32,000 nucleotides of DNA from Trichodesmium erythraeum IMS101 (GTDB lineage: Bacteria; Cyanobacteriota; Cyanobacteriia; Cyanobacteriales; Microcoleaceae). The notes beneath the pieces were generated by a model. That model did not search any database. It saw nothing but the letters and a program-made list of their open reading frames with translations, and had not been told where the DNA came from. The position numbers and the translations under genes were made by a program. Every line of letters starts with the position of its first letter. Position 1 is the first letter of the stretch. Where the stretch lies: contig NC_008312.1 in assembly GCF_000014265.1 (NCBI RefSeq), positions 3,720,001 through 3,752,000 of the forward strand, read 5' to 3'. Below are positions 1 to 11,300 of this stretch, one piece after another.

Positions 1-738
1 TCACCATTAGCTTATACAATTACAGGAATATTTTGGCTATTGGGAGGATACTTTTTAGTAGCTATTTTATTAGGACCAGATGGAATTATTCAACAAATTG
101 CTACTAGAGACCAACTAGGAATTACAGAACCGCCAGTCGATGCACCCTACGAATTTTTGAAGGCTTATCTGGGTATTATGGGTTCTCTTTCTTTATTTTT
201 ATTGCCTATGTTATCTATGAGTTTATATGCGGAAGAAAGAAAACGAGGCACTTTAGAATTATTAGCAACTTCACCTTTAACTAACTGGACAGTGGCAACA
301 GGAAAATTATTAGCTGTATTAACATTTTATATTTCTATGGTATTGCCATTGTTGGGTTTGGAGGCTATTGCTCTTAATGCAGCAAAGCCACCTATTTCAC
401 CACTTTTATTATTGTCAGGACATGGGGGTTTAATATTACTAGCTGCGGCGGTATTATCATTAGGAATGTTTGTTTCTTCTTTAACAGATAGTGCTATTTT
501 ATCTGCCATTCTGACATTTGCTTTGGTATTATTTCTCTGGGTAATTGATGTGGTAGCTAATGCTGTTAGTGGTCCTTTTGCACAGGCATTAAAACATTTA
601 TCTATGCTGACACATTACACTAATATTATTCAGGGACTTGTAGATACTGGCAGTATAATTATGTTGTTGAGTTATGTTGTTTTGGGAGTATTTTTAACTG
701 CTCAATCAATTGATGCTTTAAGGTTCCAACGTTCTTAA
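1..738 (+). CDS. ABC-2 family transporter permease (GldF-like), 5' end outside the window
   Basis: Frame 1 is open from base 1 (SPLAYTITGIFWLLGGYF...) to TAA 736-738. It has multiple hydrophobic helices and the YAEERKRGTLELLATSP motif typical of ABC-2 permeases. The TTG at 40 in the ORF track is probably internal. Confidence 0.8.
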   Translation, partial: SPLAYTITGIFWLLGGYFLVAILLGPDGIIQQIATRDQLGITEPPVDAPYEFLKAYLGIMGSLSLFLLPMLSMSLYAEERKRGTLELLATSPLTNWTVATGKLLAVLTFYISMVLPLLGLEAIALNAAKPPISPLLLLSGHGGLILLAAAVLSLGMFVSSLTDSAILSAILTFALVLFLWVIDVVANAVSGPFAQALKHLSMLTHYTNIIQGLVDTGSIIMLLSYVVLGVFLTAQSIDALRFQRS

Positions 739-1286
739 TATTCAGGAAGAATACGGAAGTTAAAGGGAAAAAATTAGAGGCAAAAAAAAGGTTCATAAGA
801 GAGAAGTTTTTTTTATGACTATAGGGTTGAAAATTTTGCCTGCTATTACTGTATCTGAATCAGGTAAAATTCTCTATTTCCTATTCTAATTCCTATCTTT
901 AATATACTCAGTAGGGATGTTGTATGCCAAATTTATACTATTCCTTAAAATTATGAATATATATATTTTATAGAGTAGGAAACTGCTGTATTTTTAGTTT
1001 GCTTGTTAAACTCTTTTGTATTGAAATAACTTATTGTTGTATAACTCGTTCAAAGAAAAATCCTGATAACTTCTGACTTCTGATTTTAAGTTGCTAAGGG
1101 TGTATCTTAAATGCGTATTAGCTGATTCTATGATTCATAATTAGGCAAATAAAATATAACAGTATTACTATTATTTTGATATTTATTGTTGGTTACCCTT
1201 CCGGTTTCTTTGAAGACCAAATTTATCAATTTTTTTTCATCTAATAGAAACTATTTTTTCTCCTCATTTTTTTTCATCCATTTTTT

Positions 1287-3581
1287 TTAATTATACAGAC
1301 TTGGAAGTAACTTATAGTATTCTATTTTGTTTTGTGTAAACAGTTTAGGGTCAATCTCCATCTTGTCAATTGTTTCTAATAATTTATTCAAAAAATCTGT
1401 TCCTGTTCTTTGTATCTGTAAAGTTATTCTTTTAGACTTAGGAATAATTTCAATTTTGGTAATACTTTTTCTGAGTTTAACAAATTCCATAGTTGTTAAT
1501 TAGTTGATTTTTGCCAACCCCAGATTTCAGTGATGTACTCTGTCAGTTCTCGACTAATTAACTCAAGAGGAGTTTTATTGCTTAAATCTAATTTGTCTTG
1601 TTCATTTACCCATTGAATAAACTTGCCTACATATTTCTGGTAAGCACCTGTTAGATTTTCTCGCATTTTTCCCAATGTTTCACGAGTCAGTAAATATCAA
1701 ACTTGACTCTCCATAAATTCTGTTTCTACTTTTTTACTTTCCGGGTAATTATCTAATAATTGGAGCCATGTTTCTAGCCTCTCAATAAGAAAGTATTTTT
1801 CTATAATTTTATCCATAAAAATAGTTCGTTTTATATCGTCTTTGTCAAGAATATTTGAAAGTTATTGCCAACTCATCCAGGCACTAGAATTACTATCTAT
1901 AACTAACTTACTTAATATTGACGATAATTCAACTTTTTCTGGGGAATTATCTGGTTTTGCTAGAGATTTATCTGGAGAATTTTGCCGGCTAATATCTGGA
2001 ACGTACCTTGAAGTTAAATATGATTCTAGTGTATCTGAATATTCGTCTGTAAATTTGTCTGAAGACTTATCTTGAAAATATTGGGAATTAAACTGTTTAT
2101 AAAATTTATCTGGAGACTCATCTGTCAATTTATCTCGATATCTATCTTGAAAATATTGGGAATTAAAAAAATTATCAGCTTCCATAAAATCACATAGTTT
2201 AAATTTCACTTTTTCTTCTGGAAAACTAATACTCTTTTCTATTGCAGATTCCAATAGTGGCAAACTTTTTTCATAAGTTAGTGAGTGAGATTTTAGAGAA
2301 GTAAGATAAAGCTCACTAGTTTTAGAATTGCTAATTTTTAAATTATTACTAATCTCAGGAATATGGAAAATACTTTTCTTTTTTTGCCATAAATATCAAG
2401 TCAAAGAATTGATTGTCTCAATAAAATTTTTATGCCAATTTTACTTGAAATTACTTAGCTCAAAATTTTTTATCTCTAAAATCGAAAAATGCGAAAAAAG
2501 TTGTTTAATAAACAAGTCTTTAAAATTATCCCTCGTAATTTTTCCAACTAATGCTAAATCCCATAGTTAAAATTTATATTTCTGAGAATAAAATATCTTT
2601 TCACAACCGATTCTTAGTTTTTCCAGTTTGAAATATTTTTGTGTAGAGTCTTGGAAGTATTCTGGATTATTTTGCAAATCTTCAATCCCTTCTTTAGATT
2701 TTTTTTCTATCAGTTTTAAACAAACATTTTGTAATACCTTGACAATGTCATACCCGAGATTTTTATCTGCTAAATAATCTATAAATTTATTTTCAATTAA
2801 GTTTCTAAAAAGTCAAAAAAACCTGATTATCTGTTTCTACTATCTCTAAAAAATTATCCGGCAAACAAGAAGAGATTTTACATAACAGAGTCTTCGTTAA
2901 GCTGCCATTATTTTCAAGTATTGGCAATGCTTTCCACAGGTATAAAAGTTTTAAATTTTTACTATCTGGAATTGATGAATTTTCGCCAAACGTATCCAGA
3001 AAACTTTGCGCTTTTTCTTCCATTCGAGGAACTTACTTGCCCAAAATTTTAATTTTTTCTTGTGACTCTGCTGGGCAATTAAAAATAAAATCTATTGATG
3101 AATTATTTAACTTCAACCAACTATCTACTTCCTGGAATTTCCAAACTAAATTATCAGAGTTATCCTGAGTAGTCTTATCAAGATACTCACATAAGTAATT
3201 AACTTTTCATATTTATCTTTGGTCGGAGCAATTAAATCTTTGACATATTCCTGGTCTAGATTTTCTTCTTTCTCAAACTCCTCTTGACTAAAATCTCACA
3301 ACACTATATTATCAGGAAAAAAATATTTTGAAAAATTATCTGCCTTAAGTATTATTTGTGCCCACTTGCAATATTCAGGGTCAACCGAACCTATAGCTAA
3401 AGATATTTTGCTGCCCAGATGAGTAGACAGGAAAAGCAAAGGAATATCTAGAAGTAATAATGATGATACTATCTTTGGTTGACTAGTTGGTTGACTAGTA
3501 AGTAATAATTTTTTACTATTCAAAAGTACATTTAGTCTTTGAAGCAAAATATTTTGCTCAGATTTTTTAAGTTTTTTTCAT
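1287..3581 (-). pseudogene. Large decayed gene of unknown family (about 760 codons originally)
   Basis: The minus strand reads as long sense-like stretches joined by single defects. ATG 3581-3579 is followed by an A7 run (T7 on + at 3572-3578) that shifts into ORF 3296-3547. An in-frame TGA at 3296-3298 is followed by DFSQEEFEKEENLDQEYVKDL. There is a frameshift near 3185 and an in-frame TAA at 3033-3035 just before ORF 2805-3023. Further fragments lie at 1862-2263 (internal NSQYFQD.. repeats) and 1287-1490. Stop-free runs this long are unexpected in such AT-rich DNA. No family recognised. Confidence 0.45.
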
Positions 3582-3639
3582 ACCTTTTCTATTAATACAG
3601 CGCTTTTCAAATTTATCAACTACATCACCATAACCAAAA

Positions 3640-3790
3640 CTTTGTAGGGAGGTTCCATGGAAGGTTCCTATTTGCAACGTCTCTGCTGTGGTCTAGGGTG
3701 ATGAAAACTGCTGTAATTATTCTTGGAGGCTAATTTTTTATTCTAACTGATGGCTGATAGCTGACAGCTGAATGCTTACAGTCACTATAC
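3640..3790. repeat. Dispersed cyanobacterial repeat patch: palindrome TTCCATGGAA plus five STRR-like heptamers
   Basis: GTAGGGAGGTTCCATGG (palindrome core 3653-3662) recurs as CGTAGGTTCCATGG at 31052-31064. Five tandem heptamers CTGATGG CTGATAG CTGACAG CTGAATG CTTACAG lie at 3747-3781. Confidence 0.6.
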
Positions 3791-4001
3791 CTATTTCCTT
3801 CCACCAAAGTATAAGTATTCACCCAGATATGATATCAGTTGAGAGCATCAATAAATTTAAACTTGACATCAGACTATCATAGATTTCAATGTAATACGTT
3901 GTAGTATTATATGGTAGCAAAAAAAAATCGACCCGCTAAAGCGGGACAATAAAGGAAAAAGAAAAACAGGGCAAAGGGCAAAAGGGGAAAAGAGAAAAGG
4001 G

Positions 4002-5813
4002 TTAGAGAGTTCTCCCGCCATCGCAGACAAGACGAAAACCAGTAATGTAGTTGTGGACGTCGCGCCTAATAAAGTAGTAGCGAACCGCAGAACGGCAAAT
4101 ATAAGGATAGCTGATCCAAGAACCGCCCCGCAGCGGTGATAGACTTTTATTTCCATTTAGCCAAACACTGCCATCTGTAGGCGCACCATCATAGTTATCA
4201 TGCCATTCATCAGCACACCATTCCCAGACATTCCCGTGCATATCGTACAAGCCAAAACTATTGGGTGGAAAATTTCCCACATCTGTTGTTTCTTTTCTAT
4301 ATTTTCCTTTTGGCCCATTACCGTAAGTGTACCTGCCATCATAGTTGACTAACTCAGACGTTATGGTTTCTCCAAAATAAAATGGTGTTGTTGTTCCTCC
4401 ACGACAGGCATATTCCCATTCTGCTTCGCTCGGCAGTCTATAGTCTCTTCCCGTTTTCTTAGAGAGCTTTTGACAGAACTCTGTAGCGTCATTCCAACTT
4501 ACCCTTTCTACAGGGCGATTTTTTCCTTCAAAACGAGAAGGGTTGTTTCCCATAACTGCTTGCCATTGTGCTTGAGTGACTGGATACTTGCCCATGAAAA
4601 ATTCTGGCACATTTACATAATGTTGCGGACCTTCATCATCATCTCTTTCTGCTTCAGTCTCTGGAGACCCCATGAGGAATATACCTCCGGGAATTTTTAC
4701 CATTTCTAGAGAAACTCCATTACCGATGTTTTCTGTCATTACTTCTGCTTTACCTTCACTGCGACTTATTATGTTTCCTCTACTGTTAACTCTCACAGTG
4801 GTAAACGTCTGAATGGGAATTTTTGGTCGTGGTGGAGGAGTTTGTTTTTGTCTAACTTGTTCAGTTTCCCTAGAATAATTAGCGATCGCTGTTGATAAAT
4901 CATTATTCATATCAAGAAATTCTAGGGATAAATTGTTTTCCCTAGCATATTTAATAATCACTTTTTTAGCTTTTTCTACATTCTCTATCCCCGATGACTG
5001 AGCTATTTTGAGAATCTTATCAAATTGTTTGGGATAAAGAATCTTATCAGAAGAAATTTGAGCAAGACTTTGAATATTGTCCTTGATAGTTTTATATTCC
5101 TCAAGTTCTAAAGAATTATCATATAGTCTACGAGTTTTTTCTGTGGCAAAAATATTTTTACTTTCTATTGCCAGACCTCTTTGAGCTTCCGTTTTCGTAT
5201 CTTTTCGCCCACTTTTTTGTGATTTTTCGTATTTTTCCTGAGCTCTATCAATAAAAATATTGTTCTTTGCCGTGGTTTTTGATAGTTCTAAAAATTCGTA
5301 AATATTTTGGTAACCTAATGTCTCTAAATACCCTTTAATTCTTTTTAATTGTGTTTCATCTAAAGTTTCTAAATTTGGTTCATCGACATCTTGATTAATT
5401 TGAATATTGTTTCTGTTGATTTCATTTCTGATAAATGATTCTGGAACAAAATTTTTATATTTTCTAACTAACCCTTGAATTTCCGATTCGTAAATAAATC
5501 CTTTACTAGAAATTAAGTCTATTTCTGTTATTAATTTTTCTTGTTCTACTTTGCCTGGAGTCTCTTGCTGGCTAGTCTTTGCCATTTCTGCTTCTTTTGC
5601 TCTTTGACCAGGGTCCCCCATAATCTTTTTAATTTCAGGAATTAGAGCTAAATATTCTCGATACTGCGCCCCTTTTCTTCCTGGTAATTTGCTTTTTGCC
5701 GACCACTCTGCACGTTTTTGTATTAGAATTTCCTCGAATTTTTCATCAGACCAAGATTCTTTTGGATCTATTCCCAAAAGTATGAAATAATTTTCCCGCT
5801 GTTTTTCTGGCAT
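4002..5813 (-). CDS. Multidomain protein with C-terminal formylglycine-generating-enzyme (FGE/SUMF1, PF03781-type) domain and N-terminal degenerate J-like modules
   Basis: 603-aa ORF. C-terminal signatures are FMGKYPVTQAQW, RLPSEAEWEYACRGG, YDMHGNVWEWCAD and RGGSW. The N-terminus has NYFILLGIDPKES... and NIYEFLELSKTTA... J-like helices without HPD. Confidence 0.85.
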   Translation of the reverse strand: MPEKQRENYFILLGIDPKESWSDEKFEEILIQKRAEWSAKSKLPGRKGAQYREYLALIPEIKKIMGDPGQRAKEAEMAKTSQQETPGKVEQEKLITEIDLISSKGFIYESEIQGLVRKYKNFVPESFIRNEINRNNIQINQDVDEPNLETLDETQLKRIKGYLETLGYQNIYEFLELSKTTAKNNIFIDRAQEKYEKSQKSGRKDTKTEAQRGLAIESKNIFATEKTRRLYDNSLELEEYKTIKDNIQSLAQISSDKILYPKQFDKILKIAQSSGIENVEKAKKVIIKYARENNLSLEFLDMNNDLSTAIANYSRETEQVRQKQTPPPRPKIPIQTFTTVRVNSRGNIISRSEGKAEVMTENIGNGVSLEMVKIPGGIFLMGSPETEAERDDDEGPQHYVNVPEFFMGKYPVTQAQWQAVMGNNPSRFEGKNRPVERVSWNDATEFCQKLSKKTGRDYRLPSEAEWEYACRGGTTTPFYFGETITSELVNYDGRYTYGNGPKGKYRKETTDVGNFPPNSFGLYDMHGNVWEWCADEWHDNYDGAPTDGSVWLNGNKSLSPLRGGSWISYPYICRSAVRYYFIRRDVHNYITGFRLVCDGGRTL

Positions 5814-6841
5814 AATAGTCTCAAAACTTTACTCTGCAAATATTCGACTAAATATGATTTTAACCTTATTTTGATTTTTCCTAAAGTCCGGTTAAATTAA
5901 AAGTATTTAATTCTTAATGCTATGTTATAATTTTAAGGCTTACGGGAAAAAAATTAATCTCGTAACAAAAAGTTACACATAGTCATCCTAACAGTCCCTA
6001 CTCTGCTAGAGAGTACAAAGCTCTTCTAAAAAAGGATTTGCTAAACTGAGCTGAAAGTTTTATGGGAAAAGCCTTACAGCATCTATAGTTTTCCATGGAG
6101 AGTTGAGAAAACCTGGAATTGGTTATCCTAAAAATAACAGGACTTACGCACCAAGCGCTATATGAGGTTATCCTCCACCAGGAAGAGAATTATTAGTAAA
6201 AGTTTGTGTACCAACACCCTCAGTCGTAGGAAGACTTCCGACAACTCCTGCTAAAAAATTACCAACTTTATTAAAAAAGCCCTGATTTTTCAAAGGAAAC
6301 TGGAGAAACTGAACCTGTTGTTCTGTCGCCAAAACACTATAGTTTAGACAATGATTAATTCTCATATTAGGGTCGGGCGGACCTTCTCGAGAGCCAATAA
6401 TATATTAATTGCTCATAGCTTTTCCTCAATTAATTGATATTTAACAACTGGCAATTTAATCACCATCACCGTTACCGCCAACCTCTCCACCATCTCCAAT
6501 ATCAGCAATATCACCTATATCCGCAAGTTGTTCGTACTCATATATTTCAGTATTTAAATCATCATTTTGTTTGATTCCACTCTACATATTTTCATTATTA
6601 TCAACTAGGTAAGATATATTATTAAAGTCATTATTTTATCTGCTTTCATTCCAGACACCTTTATTCTCAATATTATCTAGTTTATTATCCGGTTGTGTTC
6701 GGTTTGGCGACTGAGAATTAATAGCAGGGTTTTTCAGGCAACTATTACCATTGTTAGGGATCCAAATTTGGTGATATTTATCCAAAAGCATTCCACCGTA
6801 TGCTTGAACATCATATTCTTTATGAATCCTTAGATTCTATC

Positions 6842-7086
6842 AGAAACTCAAACCTAAATAATGCCAATTTTTATCTAGCTTTTTTCAAACGAGCTAATAA
6901 GTAAAAGTACAAATTTACAAAAAGCAAATTTAGTAGGAGGATATCAGATAGAAAGCTAATTTTAGTAAGGCAAATTTATCTGGTGCTAAAACTTATGGAT
7001 GGAAAAGAAAAAATGCAAACTTTATTGATACTATAATGTATGAGGAAAAAAAATTTATTGACACTGAAACATTCATCAATAATTAA
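6842..7086 (+). pseudogene. Pentapeptide-repeat protein remnant (3' end, frameshifted)
   Basis: Three frames give SNLNNANFYLAFFKRANK*, TNLQKANLVGGYQIES* and ANFSKANLSGAKTYGWKRKNANFIDTIMYEEKKFIDTETFINN* (TAA 7084-7086). These show the A(N/D)LxxAxL pentapeptide periodicity. Confidence 0.4.
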
Positions 7087-7113
7087 CCCACAAAATAGAC
7101 AATAAAAGAAAAT

Positions 7114-7506
7114 ATGATAACCCGTAAAATAATCAAAACCGACAAAGCACCAGAGCCAGTTGGCCCTTATAATCAAGCGATCGCTGCCACTGGCCAAATG
7201 CTGTTTATCTCTGGTCAAATAGCGATCGACACCAAAACTAATCAAATAGTCTATAGGGAGGATGTAAGTAAGCAAACAGAGCAAGTCATGGCCAATCTCG
7301 AAGCTATCCTTACTGAAGCCAACACTAATTGGTCAAACGTCGTCAAAACTACAGTCTACCTGAAAAACATGGACGACTTCGCTACCGTCAATAATGTTTA
7401 CGCCAAATACTTCGACCCTGAGAACGCACCCGCTCGTGCTTGTGTAGAAGTAGCACGTCTACCCAAAGACGTACTTGTAGAAATTGACTGCATTGCTGTG
7501 ATATAG
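7114..7506 (+). CDS. ridA: RidA family (YjgF/UK114) reactive intermediate/imine deaminase
   Basis: 130 aa with APEPVGPYNQAI, SGQIAID and ARACVEVARLPKDVLVEIDCIAV, which is the canonical RidA length and motif set. Confidence 0.9.
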   Translation: MITRKIIKTDKAPEPVGPYNQAIAATGQMLFISGQIAIDTKTNQIVYREDVSKQTEQVMANLEAILTEANTNWSNVVKTTVYLKNMDDFATVNNVYAKYFDPENAPARACVEVARLPKDVLVEIDCIAVI

Positions 7507-7611
7507 GAATTTTAAGCTTAGGCAGGAAGGGTGAAAAAAACATCCTCCTGAGCAAAAAATCATCTCAACATCCGTATACCTTAGAAGTCGCTACTAATGA
7601 GTTTTAATTAA

Positions 7612-7915
7612 GATAGAAAAATTACTGATTTTCCGGAGTTTACTTTACACAACATTGATGATTTTCTGGAGCTTCAGGAGTCGATACTGATGAGTTATTA
7701 TATGGTTGGGTAACTACACTTTGAAGGATAGAGTTAGCATTTACCAACAGAAAGTTTTTTTCTCAGTGATGATCCGGAGATAGTCTTATAAATAAAATGG
7801 AAAGATTGCTGATTTTCTGTGTTTTATCTACACAACATTGCTAGAAAATTACCAATTTTTCGGATTTTACCTACACAACACTGCTAATTTTCCGGATATT
7901 ATCTACATAACAGTG
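7612..7915 (+). repeat. Array of ~32-43 bp direct repeats, consensus ATTTTCYGGAnnTTAnCTACACAACAYTG
   Basis: One copy at 7621-7657 with a truncated copy at 7658-7680, then three contiguous copies at 7804-7840, 7841-7883 and 7884-7915. TCCGGA occurs at 7632-7637, 7773-7778 and 7891-7896. The copies fall in different reading frames, so the array is non-coding. Confidence 0.7.
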
Positions 7916-8328
7916 ACTAAGAATACTAAAATCTCACATAATGGTACTTAGTTATGCTCAAGGTAAAAAATCATTTTTTTTCGTGGCTATTTTTTGAGGC
8001 TGAAATCTACAGACATAATTGATATAAACTATACATAATCGAAATCTACTCAGCATCTACTAAATAACCCAACAAATATTTCATATATTCTTGACTTATG
8101 CAACTTATTTAATAGATGTCAGTAAAATTAAAGTTTTCAGCTTAATTAATCAATTAATCAAGTTAATTTATCGCTTATAAAATTTGATGTATATGTAATT
8201 TTTAGTTAGCAAACTTATCATATTTTAGTGATTCAAAAACCACCTAAAAACAAAGATAATTATTGATGAATAAATACATAATTAAACTTGAATAAATGTC
8301 TTAAGAGAGTATATAATATTTGGAAATC

Positions 8329-11300
8329 ATGAACGATCAAAATAAAACTAAAGAGGAACTAATTCAGGAACTAGTAAAACTTCGTAAAACTGTTAGTAAA
8401 TTAGAAGAAGCTAATTCAAATTCCCAGTTAATAGGACAAAAATTAAATAATGTAATTGAAGATCGCAATGCAGCACTAAAAGAATCAAACGATCAGCTTA
8501 TCCAAGAAATTGTTAAACGCCAACAAGCCGTAAAAGCTTTGAGAGTAGCAAAAGAAAAGTTACTAACTGTTTTGGCAGCAGTACCAGGTACAGTATCTTG
8601 GATCAAGTCAGATTTACAGTATATAGAAGTTAATCAGCGTTTAGCTGATATGTTTGATCTACCCAAAGAAGAATTTCCGGGAAAACATATTGGTTTTTTA
8701 GAGACAAGTTCTGAGTTTAATGACTTTATCAAAGAGTTTTTTGAGAGTTCGCAGTTAGAAACAACCCGTGAAATTGGAGTAGTAGTTGATGGGAAACCTA
8801 GAAACTATTTGGTAGTTGCACAAAAGTATCATAAAAATCAAGCTGCCTTTATAGTAGGTATAGATATTACTGAAAAAAAACAAGCAGAATACAAATTAAG
8901 AAAAGCAAAAGAACAGTTAGAAACAGTTTTAGCAGCAGTACCAGGTACCGTATCTTGGATTAGTTCAGACTTACGCTATATTGAAGTTAATCAGCAGTTA
9001 GCTAATATTTTTAGTATGCCCAGAGAAGAATTTCCGGGGAAATATATTGGTTTTTTAGGGATCAGTTCTGAATTTAATGATTTTGTTGAGGGGTTTTTTG
9101 CTAGTTCTGATCTCGAAACAATAGGTGAGGTTGTATCACAAATTGATGGGGAAGATCGAAACTATTTAATTATTGCACAAAAGTACAATCAAAACAAGGC
9201 TGCTTTTGTCATAGGTATAGATATTACTGAACGCAAACAAGCAGAAAAAAATCTGTTAGTTAGTAAAGAAAAACTAGAAACAGTATTAGAAGCTGTTCCA
9301 GGAATGGTTTCATGGATTAATTCAGATTTAACCTATATTGAAGTCAATCAAAAATTAGCTGATACATTTAACCTAGCACCAGACGAATTTGTTGGCAAAA
9401 ATATTGCTTTTATAAACAAAAATTATAAATTTAATTCTTTAATTCAAGATTTTTTTGCTAGTCCTGAGCAGGAAATAACTGCTGAGATTACTTCAGAATA
9501 CAATAATATATCCCAAAATTATTTAATAGTTGCTCGCAAATATAATCATAATCAAGCAGCATTTGTAGTTGGAATTAATATTACCGAACACAGACAAGTA
9601 GAGTTAGAGCTTGGGGTAGCTCAAGAACAGTTCAAAACTATTTTAGAAGCAGTGCCAGGAATCGTATCTTGGATCAGCTCAGATTTACGGTACTTAGGAG
9701 TTAATAAACACTTAGCAAAAACTTACAATTTACCCCAAGAGGCTTTTGTTGGTCAAAATATTGGCTTTCTCAAATCTAGTGAAAAATTTAGTACATTTAT
9801 GCAGCAATTCTTTGCTAGTTCAGCTCAGGATGCCTATGAAGAAATATCTGCTTGGGTTAATGGTACTCTCCGAAGTTATTTAATTGTCTGCCACAAATAT
9901 GCTCAAGGGGCAGCTGCTTTTGCTGTAGGCATTGATATTAGTGACCGCAAGCATGCAGAGGTAGCACTACAAGAAGCTGAAGAAAAATATCGTACTATCT
10001 TTGAAAATGCCATTGAAGGAATTTTCCAAGCATCTCCAGAAGGTCACTTGATCAGTGCTAACCCGGCATTAGCTCGAATTTATGGTTATGGTTCTCCTGA
10101 AGAAGTGATTGCTGATCTGGTTTGTTTGCCACATCAACTTTACAGTCATTATAAATACCAGGAGCAATTTATCCAAAAATTAAAGGAGCATGGTCGCTTA
10201 GTTAATTATGAATCACAAATTTATCGTCCAGATGGCAGTTTAATTTGGATTTCCGAAAATACTAAAGCTGTATACGATCAAGATGGCAAATTAATTCGTT
10301 ATGACGGAACTGTCGAGGATATTACAGAACGAAAACAAGCACAAGAAGCTCTACAAATAGCTAATCAGCAGTTAGAAGCCAAGGTTGAGGAACGCACTCA
10401 AGCTTTAGTGGAATCAAATCGTTTGCTAATGATAGAAATTTCAGATCGTCGTCGTGCTGAGATTGCCTTAAGAGAATCTGAAGCAGAATTACGGGTGTTA
10501 TTTGAGGCCATGACTGATATAGTTACTGTCTTTGATTCCCAAGGTAGATATGTCAAAATTTTCTCTACTAATTCTAAGGTATTATATACTCCTACCAATG
10601 AATTGATTGGCAAAAGTGTTGATGAGGTTTTGCCCCCTCAGCAAGCTAGCTTATTTATGATTAATATTCAACGGGTGCTGAATACCCAGGAAACTGTGAA
10701 TGTAGAATATAGTCTATTTCTATCTGATCATCAACAGGATAATGATATACATAGTCTATCATGCGAAATGTCTAATTACCAATCTTACCAATCCCATCCC
10801 GATCATTATTCTTCTATTTCTCAACCTAATAAAGCTTGGTTTACTGCTAACGTTTCACCATTACCAGATAACTGTGTAATTTGGGTAGCGCATAATATTA
10901 CAGAACGCAAACAGGTGCTAGATGCTTTGCGAACAGCAGAGGAAAAATACCGCACCATCTTTGAAAATGCCGCAGAAGGAATATTTCAAACTACTGTTGA
11001 TGGACGCTTTATTAGTGCAAATCCAGCTTTAGTTAAAATGTGTGGGTTTTCATCAGAAACAGAGTTAAAAGAGAGGGTAACTGATATTGCTAAACAACTA
11101 TATGTTGACTTAAAGCGTCGCTCTGAGTTTGTTGCTCAAGTTGAAAAATATGGCTCTATATCAAATTTTGAATCAAAGATTTATCGTTGCGATCATAGTG
11201 TGATGTGGATTTCTGAAAATGTTCGTGTAGTTCGTAATTCTGAGGGAGAAGTACTTTATTATGAAGGTACTGTTCAAGATATCACAAAACGTAAATATAT

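Noticed and set aside
1842-2570. Plus-strand ORFs 1842-2075 and 2328-2570
   Set aside because: They lie antisense to the better-supported minus-strand pseudogene fragments, and their translations are low-complexity (LSG.. repeats mirror the TTATCTGG DNA repeat).
3869-4709. Track ORFs 3869-4156, 4157-4342 and 4470-4709
   Set aside because: They overlap the FGE-domain gene in other frames or on the other strand, and the FGE frame carries all the recognisable motifs.
6168-6830. Minus-strand short ORFs (..KEYDVQAYGGMLLDKYHQIW.., an acidic tail EQLADIGDIADIGDGGEVGGNGDGD*, and a 65-aa ORF ending SLPGGG*)
   Set aside because: They are interrupted by stops, and I recognised no family. A resemblance to double-glycine leader peptides is too weak to call without a maturation or transport gene nearby.
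7612-7915. Possible degenerate CRISPR array
   Set aside because: The repeats are directly adjacent with no unique spacers, they are imperfect, and no cas genes or leader are present.
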